Below, piece after piece: positions 9,662 to 20,316 of a DNA stretch of 64,000 nucleotides (positions are counted from its first letter, which is position 1; each line of letters starts with the position of its first letter). A program made the translations under genes and the position numbers. Location: assembly GCA_023150455.1 (NCBI GenBank), contig JAKLKW010000028.1, positions 1,671-65,670 on the forward strand, read 5' to 3'. The notes beneath the pieces were generated by a model, which was not told the DNA's origin, did not search any database, and saw nothing but the letters and a program-made list of their open reading frames with translations. This stretch comes from Alphaproteobacteria bacterium. GTDB lineage: Bacteria; Pseudomonadota; Alphaproteobacteria; JAEULC01.

Positions 9662-11188
9662 ATGTTCGATCTGCTGGTTCAGGCGCTCGGCACGATCGTG
9701 CAGTGGAAGTACCTGCTGCCGCTGTTCCTCGGCACGCTGGCCGGCATCGTCGGCGGGGCCCTGCCGGGCGTGACCATCACGATGACGATCATCGTCGTGC
9801 TGCCGTTCACCTTCGGGCTGGACCCGCTGCAGGGCCTTGCGGCAATGACGGGGGTCTATGTCGGCGGGTCGGCGGGCGGGCTCGTCACCGCCTGCCTGCT
9901 GGGGATTCCCGGGACACCCTCGGCGATCGCCACGACCTTCGACGGATTTCCCATGGCGCGCAACGGCGCGCCCGGGCGCGCCGTCTGGCTGGGCGTGTGG
10001 TCCTCGTTCTTCGGCGGCCTGCTCGGCGGGCTGTTCCTGATCGTGGTCACCGGTCCGCTGGCGGCGATCGCGCTCGAGTTCGGGCCGTGGGAGTATTTCT
10101 CCCTGTTCGTCCTCGCGATGGCCATGGTGGCCGGCCTGGCGGAGGACTCGCTGATCAAGGGCTTGATCTCCACGGCGATCGGGCTGCTCATCACCGTGAT
10201 CGGCAGCGATCCGATCACTGCGGTGCCGCGCTTCACGTTCGGCTCCGAGCTCATCGCCGGCGGTTTTCCCTTCCTGCCCGTGCTGATCGGCATCTTCGCC
10301 TTTGCCCAGATCCTGACCGACGTGGAGAAGCTCGGCGCGCCGAAGCCGGCCGGCGCCGGCGGGATCGCCGGTGCGACGCTGTCGATCTCCCATCCGAAGG
10401 TGATCGGCGAGATCCTGTCGCGGCCGGTCCTGCTGCTGTGGTCGACGCTGGTCGGCATCCTGATCGGCGTCCTGCCGGCCATCGGCGGCAGCGCGGCCAA
10501 CATGCTGGCCTACGACCAGGCGCGCAAGTTCTCGCGCCGGCCCCGGGAGTTCGGCACCGGCATCCCGGAAGGAATCATCGCCTCGGAATCCTCGAACAAC
10601 GCCAATGTCGGCGGCTCGCTGGTGACGATCATGGCGTTCGGCATCCCGGGCGACGCGGTCACGGCGGTGATGCTCGGCGCCATGACGATCCACGGCATCC
10701 AGTCGGGCCCGCTGTTCGTCTCGCAGCACGCCGCGCTCGCCTACGGGATCTACGCCTCCTACATCCTGGCGCATCTGCTGATGGTGCTGATCCTGGCGGT
10801 CGGCGCGCTGTTCATGATCCGCATCGCCTCGCTGCGCCTGTCCATGCTGGCGCCGATCGTGCTGGTGCTGTGCGTGATCGGGGCCTACGCGCTCAACAAC
10901 ACGATGCAGAGCGTCTACGTGCTGCTGCTGTTCGGCGTCGTCGGCTATGCCCTGGTGAAGGCCGGCTTCCCGCTGGCGCCGCTGATCCTCGGGCTTATTC
11001 TCGGCGACCAGATCGAGCTCAACCTGGTCCGCGCGATCATGACCGACGCCGACCCGTGGATGTTCGTCACCCGCCCCATCTCGGGCGGGCTGCTCGCCTG
11101 CGCCGTCCTGTCCGTCGGTTTGGCCTTGTGGCAGCACCGCCGCCATCGCCGGACCATGACGGCGGCGGCAGCCGAGGTCGACTTCTGA
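9662..11188 (+). CDS. tctA: Tripartite tricarboxylate transporter large permease TctA
   Basis: 508-aa polytopic membrane protein. N-terminus LPLFLGTLAGIVGGALPGVTITMTI is characteristic of TctA. Confidence 0.9.
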   Translation: MFDLLVQALGTIVQWKYLLPLFLGTLAGIVGGALPGVTITMTIIVVLPFTFGLDPLQGLAAMTGVYVGGSAGGLVTACLLGIPGTPSAIATTFDGFPMARNGAPGRAVWLGVWSSFFGGLLGGLFLIVVTGPLAAIALEFGPWEYFSLFVLAMAMVAGLAEDSLIKGLISTAIGLLITVIGSDPITAVPRFTFGSELIAGGFPFLPVLIGIFAFAQILTDVEKLGAPKPAGAGGIAGATLSISHPKVIGEILSRPVLLLWSTLVGILIGVLPAIGGSAANMLAYDQARKFSRRPREFGTGIPEGIIASESSNNANVGGSLVTIMAFGIPGDAVTAVMLGAMTIHGIQSGPLFVSQHAALAYGIYASYILAHLLMVLILAVGALFMIRIASLRLSMLAPIVLVLCVIGAYALNNTMQSVYVLLLFGVVGYALVKAGFPLAPLILGLILGDQIELNLVRAIMTDADPWMFVTRPISGGLLACAVLSVGLALWQHRRHRRTMTAAAAEVDF

Positions 11189-11374
11189 TCGACGCCGAAT
11201 CGGCGCCGTGGGCACGCGCGGTCCGATCGCGGCGAAGAATGGGCGGTCGCGGCCGATTCTGTGTCCGGATCGCAGGCTTACGGGCCTCCCGTTCCCGGTG
11301 GATGAAGGCGGCCTGGCGCTGTGCTATAGGCGCAGCGCCCGATGCGACGACCGACGAGACCGTGAGGTGCGCCG

Positions 11375-11731
11375 ATGCGCTATGCCGTCCTGGCCATTGC
11401 CATTCTCGCTGCCGCGGGGGAAGCCGCCGCCGCCCCGGGGCCGTGCGATGGCCGGTATCTCGGCCTGCTGACCGTCAAGTCCGAGCGCGGCGCCAGCGCC
11501 GCCGAGATGCAATGGACCGTGCGCGACACCAAGCTCTACGGCGGCTTCGAGGGCCCGTCCGGGCTGTTCATGATCGAAGCGACCGTCGATGCGAGCTGCC
11601 GCATCGTCGCCGGCACCGCACATGACTATGCCGAAGGGGCGCCCATGCCCGTGATCGGCACCGTGACCGAGGGCGTGTTCCGCCACAACGGGCCGATCGA
11701 CGTCACCTATCGGATGAACCGGGCGCCCTGA
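11375..11731 (+). CDS. Hypothetical secreted protein
   Basis: 118 aa with a signal peptide MRYAVLAIAILAAAGEAAAAP. No family recognised. Confidence 0.5.
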   Translation: MRYAVLAIAILAAAGEAAAAPGPCDGRYLGLLTVKSERGASAAEMQWTVRDTKLYGGFEGPSGLFMIEATVDASCRIVAGTAHDYAEGAPMPVIGTVTEGVFRHNGPIDVTYRMNRAP

Positions 11732-11860
11732 GCGGCCGGTCGGCGCGTCAGGTGCCGCGGGCGCTCTTGCGCGGGAAGTCGAGCACGATGAGCAGCTTGT
11801 CGACGGCGCCGGCGGCGGGCGGCGGGGGCTGTTGGTGCGCGGGTTGTGCCATTGCCGGGC

Positions 11861-13245
<1,385 letters not shown>

Positions 13246-13249
<4 letters not shown>

Positions 13250-13644
13250 GGCGTGTCGACCACCGCGCCGAAGCTGCGGGCCGTATCGCGGGCCGGGCGC
13301 AACAAGACGTAGTCGACGAATTGGCGCGCCGCCGGCTCGGCCCTGCCCGGCAACACCGGGTGCAGCTCGGCGACGAACGGATACGCGCCGGACTCGAGGT
13401 TCTCGACGGTGGGCCAGACGCCGTCGATCGGGATCAGGCGCAACCGGCGCTGCTCGGCCAGGACCTCGATGCGCTGGTCCGGATAGCTGGACATGTATTC
13501 CTCGGCCAGCAAACCGACGATGGCGATGCCGGCGCCGGTGCCGCCGATCCGCAGCGGCTCGGCCGTGGCATGGGTCGCGAGCGACAGCGTCGCGATCAAC
13601 GCAGCCGCCGCCCGCAGCGGGTTCAAGCCTCGCGACATCGTCAT
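13246..13644 (-). CDS. Short PstS/PBP-like periplasmic domain protein, translationally coupled to the kinase; possibly internally deleted
   Basis: Signal peptide, then [20 protein letters not shown] ... [20 protein letters not shown], which resemble the first and last segments of phosphate-binding-type PBPs. Only 132 aa. ATGA overlap with the kinase start. Confidence 0.5.
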
Positions 13645-13846
13645 AACCGTCTGGTCCGACCGGGTTTTTGCCGCTGCACGATATGGTAAGAGCCCTTAAG
13701 GGATGGTTAGTGCCGGCCGCGTGCGCGCCACGGCGCCGGTGCTATGCGCTGTCGCGCCGGCCCGGAAAACCGGTCGTCGCCAGGACAGCGGCCGCACCGG
13801 AATTGTCTTGAATCGGCACGGACTTACTCGACATCGGGAAACCGCC

Positions 13847-15382
13847 ATGCGCCCAGCCGCCGCGCTTCGCCGCACCCGCAGTTCCGCGCCCGTCCGGCAG
13901 CCGGCACCGGTCGCGCCGGGGGGCTCTAGCGGCGGCCAGTACCGGCCGCTGACCGACGCGGATGTCCGGCGCATCGTCGACGCCGCCAAGACCGTGCTCG
14001 AGCGCACCGGCATCCAGGTGATGCCGAGCCGGTGCCGCGAGGTGTTCCGCGCGCTCGGCTGCCGCGTCGACGCGGCGCGCGACCGCGTGCATATCCCCGC
14101 CCGCCTGGTCGAGCGGGCGCTGGCCAGCGCGGCACCCGTCGTGACCCTGGCCGGCCGCCGGCCGGAGCACGATCTCGCGCTGGGCGGGACGAAGGTCTAT
14201 CTCGGCACCGGCGGGCAGGCCGTCAAAGTGCTCGATCTGGACGGGCGCGTGCGCGAATCCGTCCTGCGCGACAACTACGACATCGGCCGCCTGGTCGATA
14301 CGCTCGAGCACATCCATTTCTACATGCGGCCGGTGGTCTGCCGCGACCTGGCGACCGAGGACATCGACGTCAACCAGTTCTACGCCTGCCTCGCCGCCAC
14401 GCCGAAGCACGTCATGGCCAATGCCTACCTGGCCGACAGCGTGCCGCTGCTGAAGGAGATGGCGGCGATGATGGCGGGCGGGGCCGCGGCCCTGGCCGCG
14501 CGGCCGATCATCTCGTTCTCCTCGTGCTGGACCGTGAGCCCGCTGCGCTACGCGGCCGAGACGGTGGAGATCCTCGACCGGATCATCGCGCACGACCTGC
14601 CGGTGGTCACGTCGTCCGCGCCGCAGGCCGGCGCCACGTCGCCCGCGGCGCTGGCCGGCACGCTCGTGCAGATCACCGCCGAGCAGCTTTCGGGTGTCGT
14701 CTACATCTGCCTGCAGAAGCCGCACTATCCGCTGATCATGGGCTGCGTGCCGGCGCAGGCGGATCTCCGCACCGGCGCCTTCACCGGCGGCTCGGGCGAG
14801 TTCGCGCTGCTGAATGCCGCCTGCGCGCAGATCGCGCAGCATCTCCGGCTGCCACTCTACAACTCCAGCGGCATCTCGGACGCCAAGATTCCCGACGCGC
14901 AGGCCGGGGCGGAGAAGGGCATCACGACGCTGGCGGCGGCGCTGGCCGGTGCCAACTACGTGCATCACTCGGCCGGCATGCTGGAAAGCCTGCTGGCGGT
15001 GGCCTACGAGCAGTACGTCATCGACAACGACGTCAACGGCGTGGCGATGCGCATGCTGAAGGGCATAGATGTCAGCGACGAGAGCCTGTCGATCGACGTG
15101 ATCGACGAGGTCTGCCGCGGGGAAGGGCACTTCCTCGGCCATCCGCAGACTCTTGGGCTGATGAACAGCGAGTACCTGTACCCGCGCTTCATGGACCGCC
15201 AGACGCGCGACGACTGGGAAAGCAAGGGCGCCAAGGACATCCGCGAGGCGGCGCGCGACCATGCGCGCAAGGTGCTGGCCGAGCATTTCCCGCGGGTGAT
15301 CGAGCCGGCGCTCGACCGCGACTTGCGGCGGCGCTTCCGCATCCTGCTGCCCGAATCCGCGATGCGTCCGCACGCGGCGTAG
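13847..15382 (+). CDS. MttB-superfamily (trimethylamine methyltransferase-like, non-pyrrolysine) methyltransferase
   Basis: ORF 13703..15382 trimmed to ATG 13847. Length is ~511 aa, and segments such as PLTDADVRRIVDAAKTVLERTGI and GGSGEFALLNAACAQIAQHLRLPLY are typical of MttB homologs. No in-frame TAG. Confidence 0.8.
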   Translation: MRPAAALRRTRSSAPVRQPAPVAPGGSSGGQYRPLTDADVRRIVDAAKTVLERTGIQVMPSRCREVFRALGCRVDAARDRVHIPARLVERALASAAPVVTLAGRRPEHDLALGGTKVYLGTGGQAVKVLDLDGRVRESVLRDNYDIGRLVDTLEHIHFYMRPVVCRDLATEDIDVNQFYACLAATPKHVMANAYLADSVPLLKEMAAMMAGGAAALAARPIISFSSCWTVSPLRYAAETVEILDRIIAHDLPVVTSSAPQAGATSPAALAGTLVQITAEQLSGVVYICLQKPHYPLIMGCVPAQADLRTGAFTGGSGEFALLNAACAQIAQHLRLPLYNSSGISDAKIPDAQAGAEKGITTLAAALAGANYVHHSAGMLESLLAVAYEQYVIDNDVNGVAMRMLKGIDVSDESLSIDVIDEVCRGEGHFLGHPQTLGLMNSEYLYPRFMDRQTRDDWESKGAKDIREAARDHARKVLAEHFPRVIEPALDRDLRRRFRILLPESAMRPHAA

Positions 15383-15464
15383 GTTTCGCCGGCCGGAAAA
15401 CGGACGGGCCGGAGGTCTGGTCGACCTCCGGCCCGGCGCGATGGGTGGATCGCGGCTGGGAGAA

Positions 15465-15818
15465 CTATTTCACGACGCCGGTGGCGCCGGTTGCGCGCGG
15501 CAGGACGGCGGCGCGCGTGGAGTACTTGCGGCGCGCCTGCGCGCGACGGTCGCGCGCGCCCTCGCCGAACAGGTAGGACAGCACCGAGGCGATCAGCATC
15601 GTGGCCAGCATGGCGGTGGCGATCTCGCGGAAGGGCGTATGCGCCGCCATCGCGAAACCCATCAGCACCAGCACGATGGCGTGGTAGGTGAAGTCGAACA
15701 GGCCGGAGCGCCGGAACAGCGCCACGATCGCGACGTAGCCCACGAACAGGAACAGCGAGGTGCCCGCCGGCAGCCAGGGCGCGAGGCTGTTGGACAGCGA
15801 GTTGCCGGTCTTGTTCAT
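15465..15818 (-). CDS. Hypothetical small membrane protein
   Basis: ORF 15465..16196 trimmed to ATG 15818. 117 aa with three hydrophobic segments. An AT-rich promoter region lies upstream. Confidence 0.45.
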   Translation of the reverse strand: MNKTGNSLSNSLAPWLPAGTSLFLFVGYVAIVALFRRSGLFDFTYHAIVLVLMGFAMAAHTPFREIATAMLATMLIASVLSYLFGEGARDRRAQARRKYSTRAAVLPRATGATGVVK

Positions 15819-16098
15819 GAAGGTCCCCACACGACAGCGTCTTGCCTCGAAGGACCAGGACCATCCTGGTAGTTGAATTAGTTTTGTACCAATTTCGCGG
15901 TTATTCGTATATGGAATTTTCGAATTTTGGTTAAAGTTGCGTGAACTCGGCGAAAGATCGTCTCGTAGCGGATTGATTTGGTTTATTTCCCTGCGCAGCC
16001 CTCGGGCTGGCGCGCCGCCTGAAGGCAGAGACGCCGCGTGCGGTTTCCCGCCGTGGCCCCAGTGCTTATATTGGGGCGGAGGAATCGGGAGGCGCTCC

Positions 16099-16629
16099 AT
16101 GGACGTGCCGCTGAAGAACGACGCCGAGGCGCGGGGCTTCGCCATCGTGGTGCAGCCGGACCAGGGCGAAAGCTGGTGGCAGCCGGTGCCCGCCAACGGC
16201 TATGCCGAGGTGCGCGTGTCGCGCCGCAACGATCCGCGCGTGCAGGGCTTCTCGCACGGCATCCAGGTGATCGCGCCGGGCTGCTACGTGCGCGACCATT
16301 CGCACGACGCGAACCAGGAGATCCTGTTCTTCTTCGAAGGCGAGGGGAAAGTGGTGATCGACGGCGGCGAGGAGCATCGGCTTCGCGCCGGCACGTCGGT
16401 CTATCTCGGCCCCAAGCGCCGGCACACCTTCATCAACACCGGCGACAAGCCGCTGAAGATGGCCTGGGTGCTGCTGCCCGGCGGGCTCGAGGATTTCTTC
16501 CAGGGCATCGGCCGGCGGCGCCGGCCCGGCGACGCCGCGCCCGCGCCCTTCGCGCGGCCCGACAACGTGCTGGAGATCGAGCAGAAGACGGTGTTCGCTC
16601 CGCCGCCGGAGAAGCCGGTCAACCGCTGA
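16099..16629 (+). CDS. Cupin domain protein
   Basis: ATG 16099 follows GGGAGG. The cupin motifs can be read: HSHDANQEILFFFEGEG ... GTSVYLGPKRRHTFINTG. Confidence 0.75.
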   Translation: MDVPLKNDAEARGFAIVVQPDQGESWWQPVPANGYAEVRVSRRNDPRVQGFSHGIQVIAPGCYVRDHSHDANQEILFFFEGEGKVVIDGGEEHRLRAGTSVYLGPKRRHTFINTGDKPLKMAWVLLPGGLEDFFQGIGRRRRPGDAAPAPFARPDNVLEIEQKTVFAPPPEKPVNR

Positions 16630-16693
16630 CACCGGCTCCGTCCGGGACGGTTGAGTCCGACGGCCGTTGGCGCGGGCACATGGCAGGTGACCC

Positions 16694-16846
16694 ATGATCC
16701 GGAAAGAAAGAGACGGCTACCGGGTTCTGTCCGAGAGCGGCAAGGTCCTTGGGGGCCCATACAAGACCAAGGCCGAGGCGGAGAAGCGCCTGCGACAGGT
16801 CGAGTACTTCAAGCACCGCAAGCCGGCGAAGAAGAAGTCGGCTTAA
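16694..16846 (+). CDS. Hypothetical 50-aa basic protein (below the ORF-track cutoff)
   Basis: ATG 16694 to TAA 16844-16846. Translation: MIRKERDGYRVLSESGKVLGGPYKTKAEAEKRLRQVEYFKHRKPAKKKSA. Third-position GC bias fits coding. It overlaps the convergent SDR gene by 4 nt. Confidence 0.4.
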   Translation: MIRKERDGYRVLSESGKVLGGPYKTKAEAEKRLRQVEYFKHRKPAKKKSA

Positions 16847-17595
16847 GCCTCGCGCGTCGGCACCACGAGCATCTGCGCCACGGTCACGCTGCGCGGCTGC
16901 TCCAGCGCGTAGACGACGGCGCGCGCGATGTCGTCCGGCTCCATGACGGACGGGTACTTGCCGTAGAAGGCGGTGGCGTGCGCGGCGTCGCCGCGCTGGC
17001 GCGCCTCGGCGAACTCGGTGCGGGTGATGCCGGGCAGGGTCTCGATGATGCGGATGTCGCTGTCCTTGTAGTCCATGCGCAGGCCCTCGGTGAAGGAATG
17101 CACAAAGGCCTTGGTCGCGGCGTAGACGTTGCCGGTGACATAGGTCCTGAGGCCCGCCGTCGAGCCCAGGTTGACGATGTCGCCGCGGCCGCGCTTGACC
17201 ATGCCGGGCAGCACCGCGTGGGTGACGCGCAGCATGCCGACGCAGTTGGTCTCGACGATCGCCGCGAGGTCGTCGATCGAGGCCTGCTCCAGCTTCTTGC
17301 GCCCGCCGACGTCGTGACCGGCGTTGTTGACCAGGATGTCGATCTCGCGATGGCTGGGCGGCAGCCGCTCGAGCAGCGACTTGCAGTCGGCCGCGTCGGT
17401 GACGTCGAGCTTCAGGGCGATGGCGTCCTTGCCCAGCTTCCGGGCAACGCCGGCCAGCCGGTCCAGGCGGCGAGCGGCGCAGATCACCTTGCAGCCGCGC
17501 TCGGCCAGACGCTCCGCGATCGCCAGCCCGATCCCGGTCGCGGCGCCGGTCACCAGCGCCACTGCGCCCGGCTGGATTCCTGTCCTGTCTGCCAT
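16843..17595 (-). CDS. Short-chain dehydrogenase/reductase (SDR)
   Basis: TGAATGIG cofactor motif, NNAG, and catalytic YAATK. Confidence 0.9.
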   Translation of the reverse strand: MADRTGIQPGAVALVTGAATGIGLAIAERLAERGCKVICAARRLDRLAGVARKLGKDAIALKLDVTDAADCKSLLERLPPSHREIDILVNNAGHDVGGRKKLEQASIDDLAAIVETNCVGMLRVTHAVLPGMVKRGRGDIVNLGSTAGLRTYVTGNVYAATKAFVHSFTEGLRMDYKDSDIRIIETLPGITRTEFAEARQRGDAAHATAFYGKYPSVMEPDDIARAVVYALEQPRSVTVAQMLVVPTREA

Positions 17596-17684
17596 GCGTC
17601 CTTCCCCCTTGTAGCCCGGCCGGCGATCCCGTAATGATGAGTTAATTCCCCTATATCAGCGCCCTCAGCAAAGGACCAGAGACG

Positions 17685-18608
17685 ATGCAGCAACAGGCCT
17701 TCACCGGCGTCATGTCGCCGGTCCTGACCCCGTTCGACAAGGACCTGCGGCCGGACGGCAGGAAGCTGGCGCAATTCTGCAAGTCGCTGCTGCAGGAGGG
17801 CTGCACCGCGCTGTCGCCGTTCGGCACCAACAGCGAGGCGAACTCGATGTCGGTCGAGGAGCGCATCGAGCTGCTGGAGCAGATCGTCGCATCGGGGGTC
17901 GACGCGAGGAAGCTGATGCCGGGGACGGGCTCCTGCGCGCTGACCGACGCGGTGCGCGCGACGAAGCACGCGGTGGAGAAGGGCTGCGGCGGCGTGCTGC
18001 TGCTGCCGCCGTTCTACTACAAGAACATGAGCGACGAGGGCTTCTACCGCTTCTTCGCCGAGGTGATCGAGCGCGTCGGCGACGCGCGGCTCAAGGTCTA
18101 TCTCTATCACATCCCGCCGCAGACGATTCAGGGCCTGTCGCACGACCTGATCGAGCGGCTGATCAAGGCCTATCCGAAGGCGGTCGTCGGCATCAAGGAC
18201 AGCTCGGGCGACTGGAAGAACACCGAGGCGATGCTGAAGCGCTTCCCCGGCTTCGGCATCTTCGCCGGCTCCGAGGACTTCCTGCTCGCCAATATGCGCT
18301 CGGGCGGCGTCGGCTGCATCACGGCGACCGGCAACGTCAACGCGCGCATGATCCGCCGGCTTTTCGACGGCTGGCAGAAGCCCGACGCCGACCGGCTGCA
18401 GGCCGAGATCTCGGCGATCCGCAAGACCATCCAGCGCCACCCGATGATCCCGTCGATGAAGTCGCTGCGCGCCGCCTGGACCGGCGACGCCCAGTGGCTC
18501 AACGTCCGCCCGCCCTTCCTGCCGCTGACGATGGAGCAGGGCAAGGCGCTCGCCGCCGACGTCGCCAAGCTGGGCTTGAAGGCGCCGGAGCTGGTGCCGG
18601 CGGAGTAG
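17685..18608 (+). CDS. Dihydrodipicolinate synthase family lyase (candidate pyrroline-4-hydroxy-2-carboxylate deaminase or KDG-aldolase type)
   Basis: 307 aa. FGTNSEANSMS, YHIPPQT and the Schiff-base lysine context VVGIKDSSGD are typical of the DHDPS/NAL family. Confidence 0.85.
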   Translation: MQQQAFTGVMSPVLTPFDKDLRPDGRKLAQFCKSLLQEGCTALSPFGTNSEANSMSVEERIELLEQIVASGVDARKLMPGTGSCALTDAVRATKHAVEKGCGGVLLLPPFYYKNMSDEGFYRFFAEVIERVGDARLKVYLYHIPPQTIQGLSHDLIERLIKAYPKAVVGIKDSSGDWKNTEAMLKRFPGFGIFAGSEDFLLANMRSGGVGCITATGNVNARMIRRLFDGWQKPDADRLQAEISAIRKTIQRHPMIPSMKSLRAAWTGDAQWLNVRPPFLPLTMEQGKALAADVAKLGLKAPELVPAE

Positions 18609-18621
18609 GGCGGGACGGCGA

Positions 18622-18966
18622 TCAGCCCGCGCGGGGCCGCACCCGCGCCTCGATCGCCGCGCCTACCTCGTCGCGGGCGACGGCGAGATCGTAGCTGGCC
18701 TGCATGCCGGTCCAGAACTCGGCCGACGTGCCGAAATAGCGCGCCAGCCGAAGCGCCGTGTCCGGCGTGATCGCACGCTTTGCATGGATCAACTGGCTGA
18801 CCCGCACCTCGGAGACGGCGAGCGCCTTTGCCAAGGCGTACTGACTCATGCCGAGCGGCTTGAGGAAATCCTCGCGCAGCACGTCTCCCGGATGCGCGGG
18901 GGGGAAATCCGGGCCCTTGCGCCGGCGGCGTTCAGTGATAGTCGACGATTTCGACTTGGTGCGCAT
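18622..18966 (-). CDS. higA: HigA-family antitoxin (XRE helix-turn-helix)
   Basis: HPGDVLREDFLKPLGMSQYALAKALAVSEVRVSQLIHAKRAITPDTALRLARYFGTSAEFW is the canonical HigA/VapI core. ATG 18966 overlaps the end of higB. Confidence 0.85.
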   Translation of the reverse strand: MRTKSKSSTITERRRRKGPDFPPAHPGDVLREDFLKPLGMSQYALAKALAVSEVRVSQLIHAKRAITPDTALRLARYFGTSAEFWTGMQASYDLAVARDEVGAAIEARVRPRAG

Positions 18967-19213
18967 CGCCGTTTCTCCATACGAAGCAGACCCGCCACTG
19001 ATCGTTGATCCGGATGCTGTGCTGGCCGGCGCGGTCGCCCGCCAGGGCCTCGAGCCTGTTTCCGGGCGGCGCGCGCAAATCGACCAGCGACTGCGCACTG
19101 TTGATCTGCGTCAGCTTCCGGTGTCCGATCTTGATCACGTCGTTCGGAACGCCCTTTACAAACCGCCGCTCCCAGGCGGCAAGCGCGGCGTCGTTGGCGA
19201 ACGACTTGATCAT
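18932..19213 (-). CDS. higB: HigB-type toxin (plasmid maintenance system killer, RelE/ParE superfamily)
   Basis: 93 aa: MIKSFANDAALAAWERRFVKGVPNDV...LRAPPGNRLEALAGDRAGQHSIRINDQWRVCFVW, the canonical HigB signature. Confidence 0.85.
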   Translation of the reverse strand: MIKSFANDAALAAWERRFVKGVPNDVIKIGHRKLTQINSAQSLVDLRAPPGNRLEALAGDRAGQHSIRINDQWRVCFVWRNGDAHQVEIVDYH

Positions 19214-19260
19214 CCCGCGGGCTATACTAACGTACTACGAAAGCTTTCGCCAGTCGTAAG

Positions 19261-20031
19261 CTACCCGCGCCCTTCCAGCCGCCTGCGGACCGCGTCCAGC
19301 GTCGGCCCGATCGCGTCGAACCAGCCCTTGGCGGCAAGGTCGCGCGCGACCTGCTCGTTGAGGCCGCCCTTGGTCTGCGCGTGCTGCGCGAGCTCGGCGG
19401 GCGGTGCCGCGGCCGGCGCGGCGGCGATCGTGCTCAGCGCGTGCAGCATGGACGTCATGTAGGTCCGGGCCGCCTGCGGGTCGGCGTCGTTCCTGGCGGC
19501 CCAATCGACGGCATGCGAGACGAAGCCGTAGTAGGACGCGATCAGCGTGGTGAGCGTCCAGATCACCAGCAGCTCATGCTTGGAGCCGAGCGGCACGGTG
19601 GTGCCGACCGGCTTCAGCAGCGCTTCCACGTCGCGATCGCCCGGGAAGAACGCGATCGGCCCGAGTCGCTGTTCGACCGGGGGCAGCGGCAGCAGGCGCG
19701 CGACCAGCTTCCCGGGCTTGACCGCATCGTCGATCCACTCGTCGGCGATCGGCGCGATCGCGCTCAGCACCTTCTGCCCCGGCTTGAACCGCAGCGCGCC
19801 GACCACCTCGCGCGCGACCTGCGGCCGGACCGCCAGCAGCACCCACTCGCTGCCGTCGACGACGGCCTGGTTGTCCGCGGCGACCGAGACCATGGCGTGA
19901 CGCTTGGCGAGCTTCGCCGCCGTCTCGGCGTTGCGCGGGCTCACCAGCACCTTGGCCGGCGGTCGCTCCGACGTGCACAGGCCGGTGACCAGCGCGGCCG
20001 CGATACGCCCCGTGCCGACGATTCCGAGCAT
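19261..20031 (-). CDS. Pyrroline-5-carboxylate reductase-like NAD(P) oxidoreductase
   Basis: Trimmed to ATG 20031. N-terminal Rossmann motif MLGIVGTGRIAAAL. The size (256 aa) and the C-terminal dimerisation-like region resemble the ProC / F420-type NADP oxidoreductase family. Confidence 0.65.
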   Translation of the reverse strand: MLGIVGTGRIAAALVTGLCTSERPPAKVLVSPRNAETAAKLAKRHAMVSVAADNQAVVDGSEWVLLAVRPQVAREVVGALRFKPGQKVLSAIAPIADEWIDDAVKPGKLVARLLPLPPVEQRLGPIAFFPGDRDVEALLKPVGTTVPLGSKHELLVIWTLTTLIASYYGFVSHAVDWAARNDADPQAARTYMTSMLHALSTIAAAPAAAPPAELAQHAQTKGGLNEQVARDLAAKGWFDAIGPTLDAVRRRLEGRG

Positions 20032-20077
20032 GACCACTCTCGTGTTTCCCCTGCGGCAGAAGGAAAAGGATTCACCA

Positions 20078-20300
20078 CGGGGGCACGAAGACACAGAGCG
20101 GAAAGAAGGAGGGGCTGTCTTCCGTTCGGCGAAGCCGCTGCATCGGATCTTTCATCTTCCCTTCGTGACCTTCGTGGTTCAATCCGAAAGATCAACCACG
20201 AAGGTCATGAAGGGAAAGGAAGAAGAAGGTGATATGGACGCGGCTGCGCCGCGCGAAGATATCGCTTCTCTTCTTTCTCTCTGCGCCTTTGTGTCCCTGT
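20078..20300. repeat. ~220-bp imperfect palindromic intergenic element with a 24/25-bp near-perfect core stem (20156..20179 / 20194..20218)
   Basis: Core arms are cttcccttcgtgaccttcgtggtt and aaccacgaaggtcatgaagggaaag. The outer ~85-bp arms are ~70% complementary by eye. GC content is lower than in the flanks. Confidence 0.6.
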
Positions 20301-20316
20301 GGTCGATCTTCCCGAC

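Noticed and set aside
13645-13846. Cobalamin riboswitch upstream of the MttB-family gene.
   Set aside because: I could not find a B12 box (GCCACTG-like) or the conserved GGTG..AA.CC core. Only a vague GGAAAACCGGT segment is present. A cmscan is needed to be certain.
13847-15382. In-frame amber (pyrrolysine) codon in the MttB homolog.
   Set aside because: The ORF is uninterrupted, with no in-frame TAG. This is the non-Pyl type.
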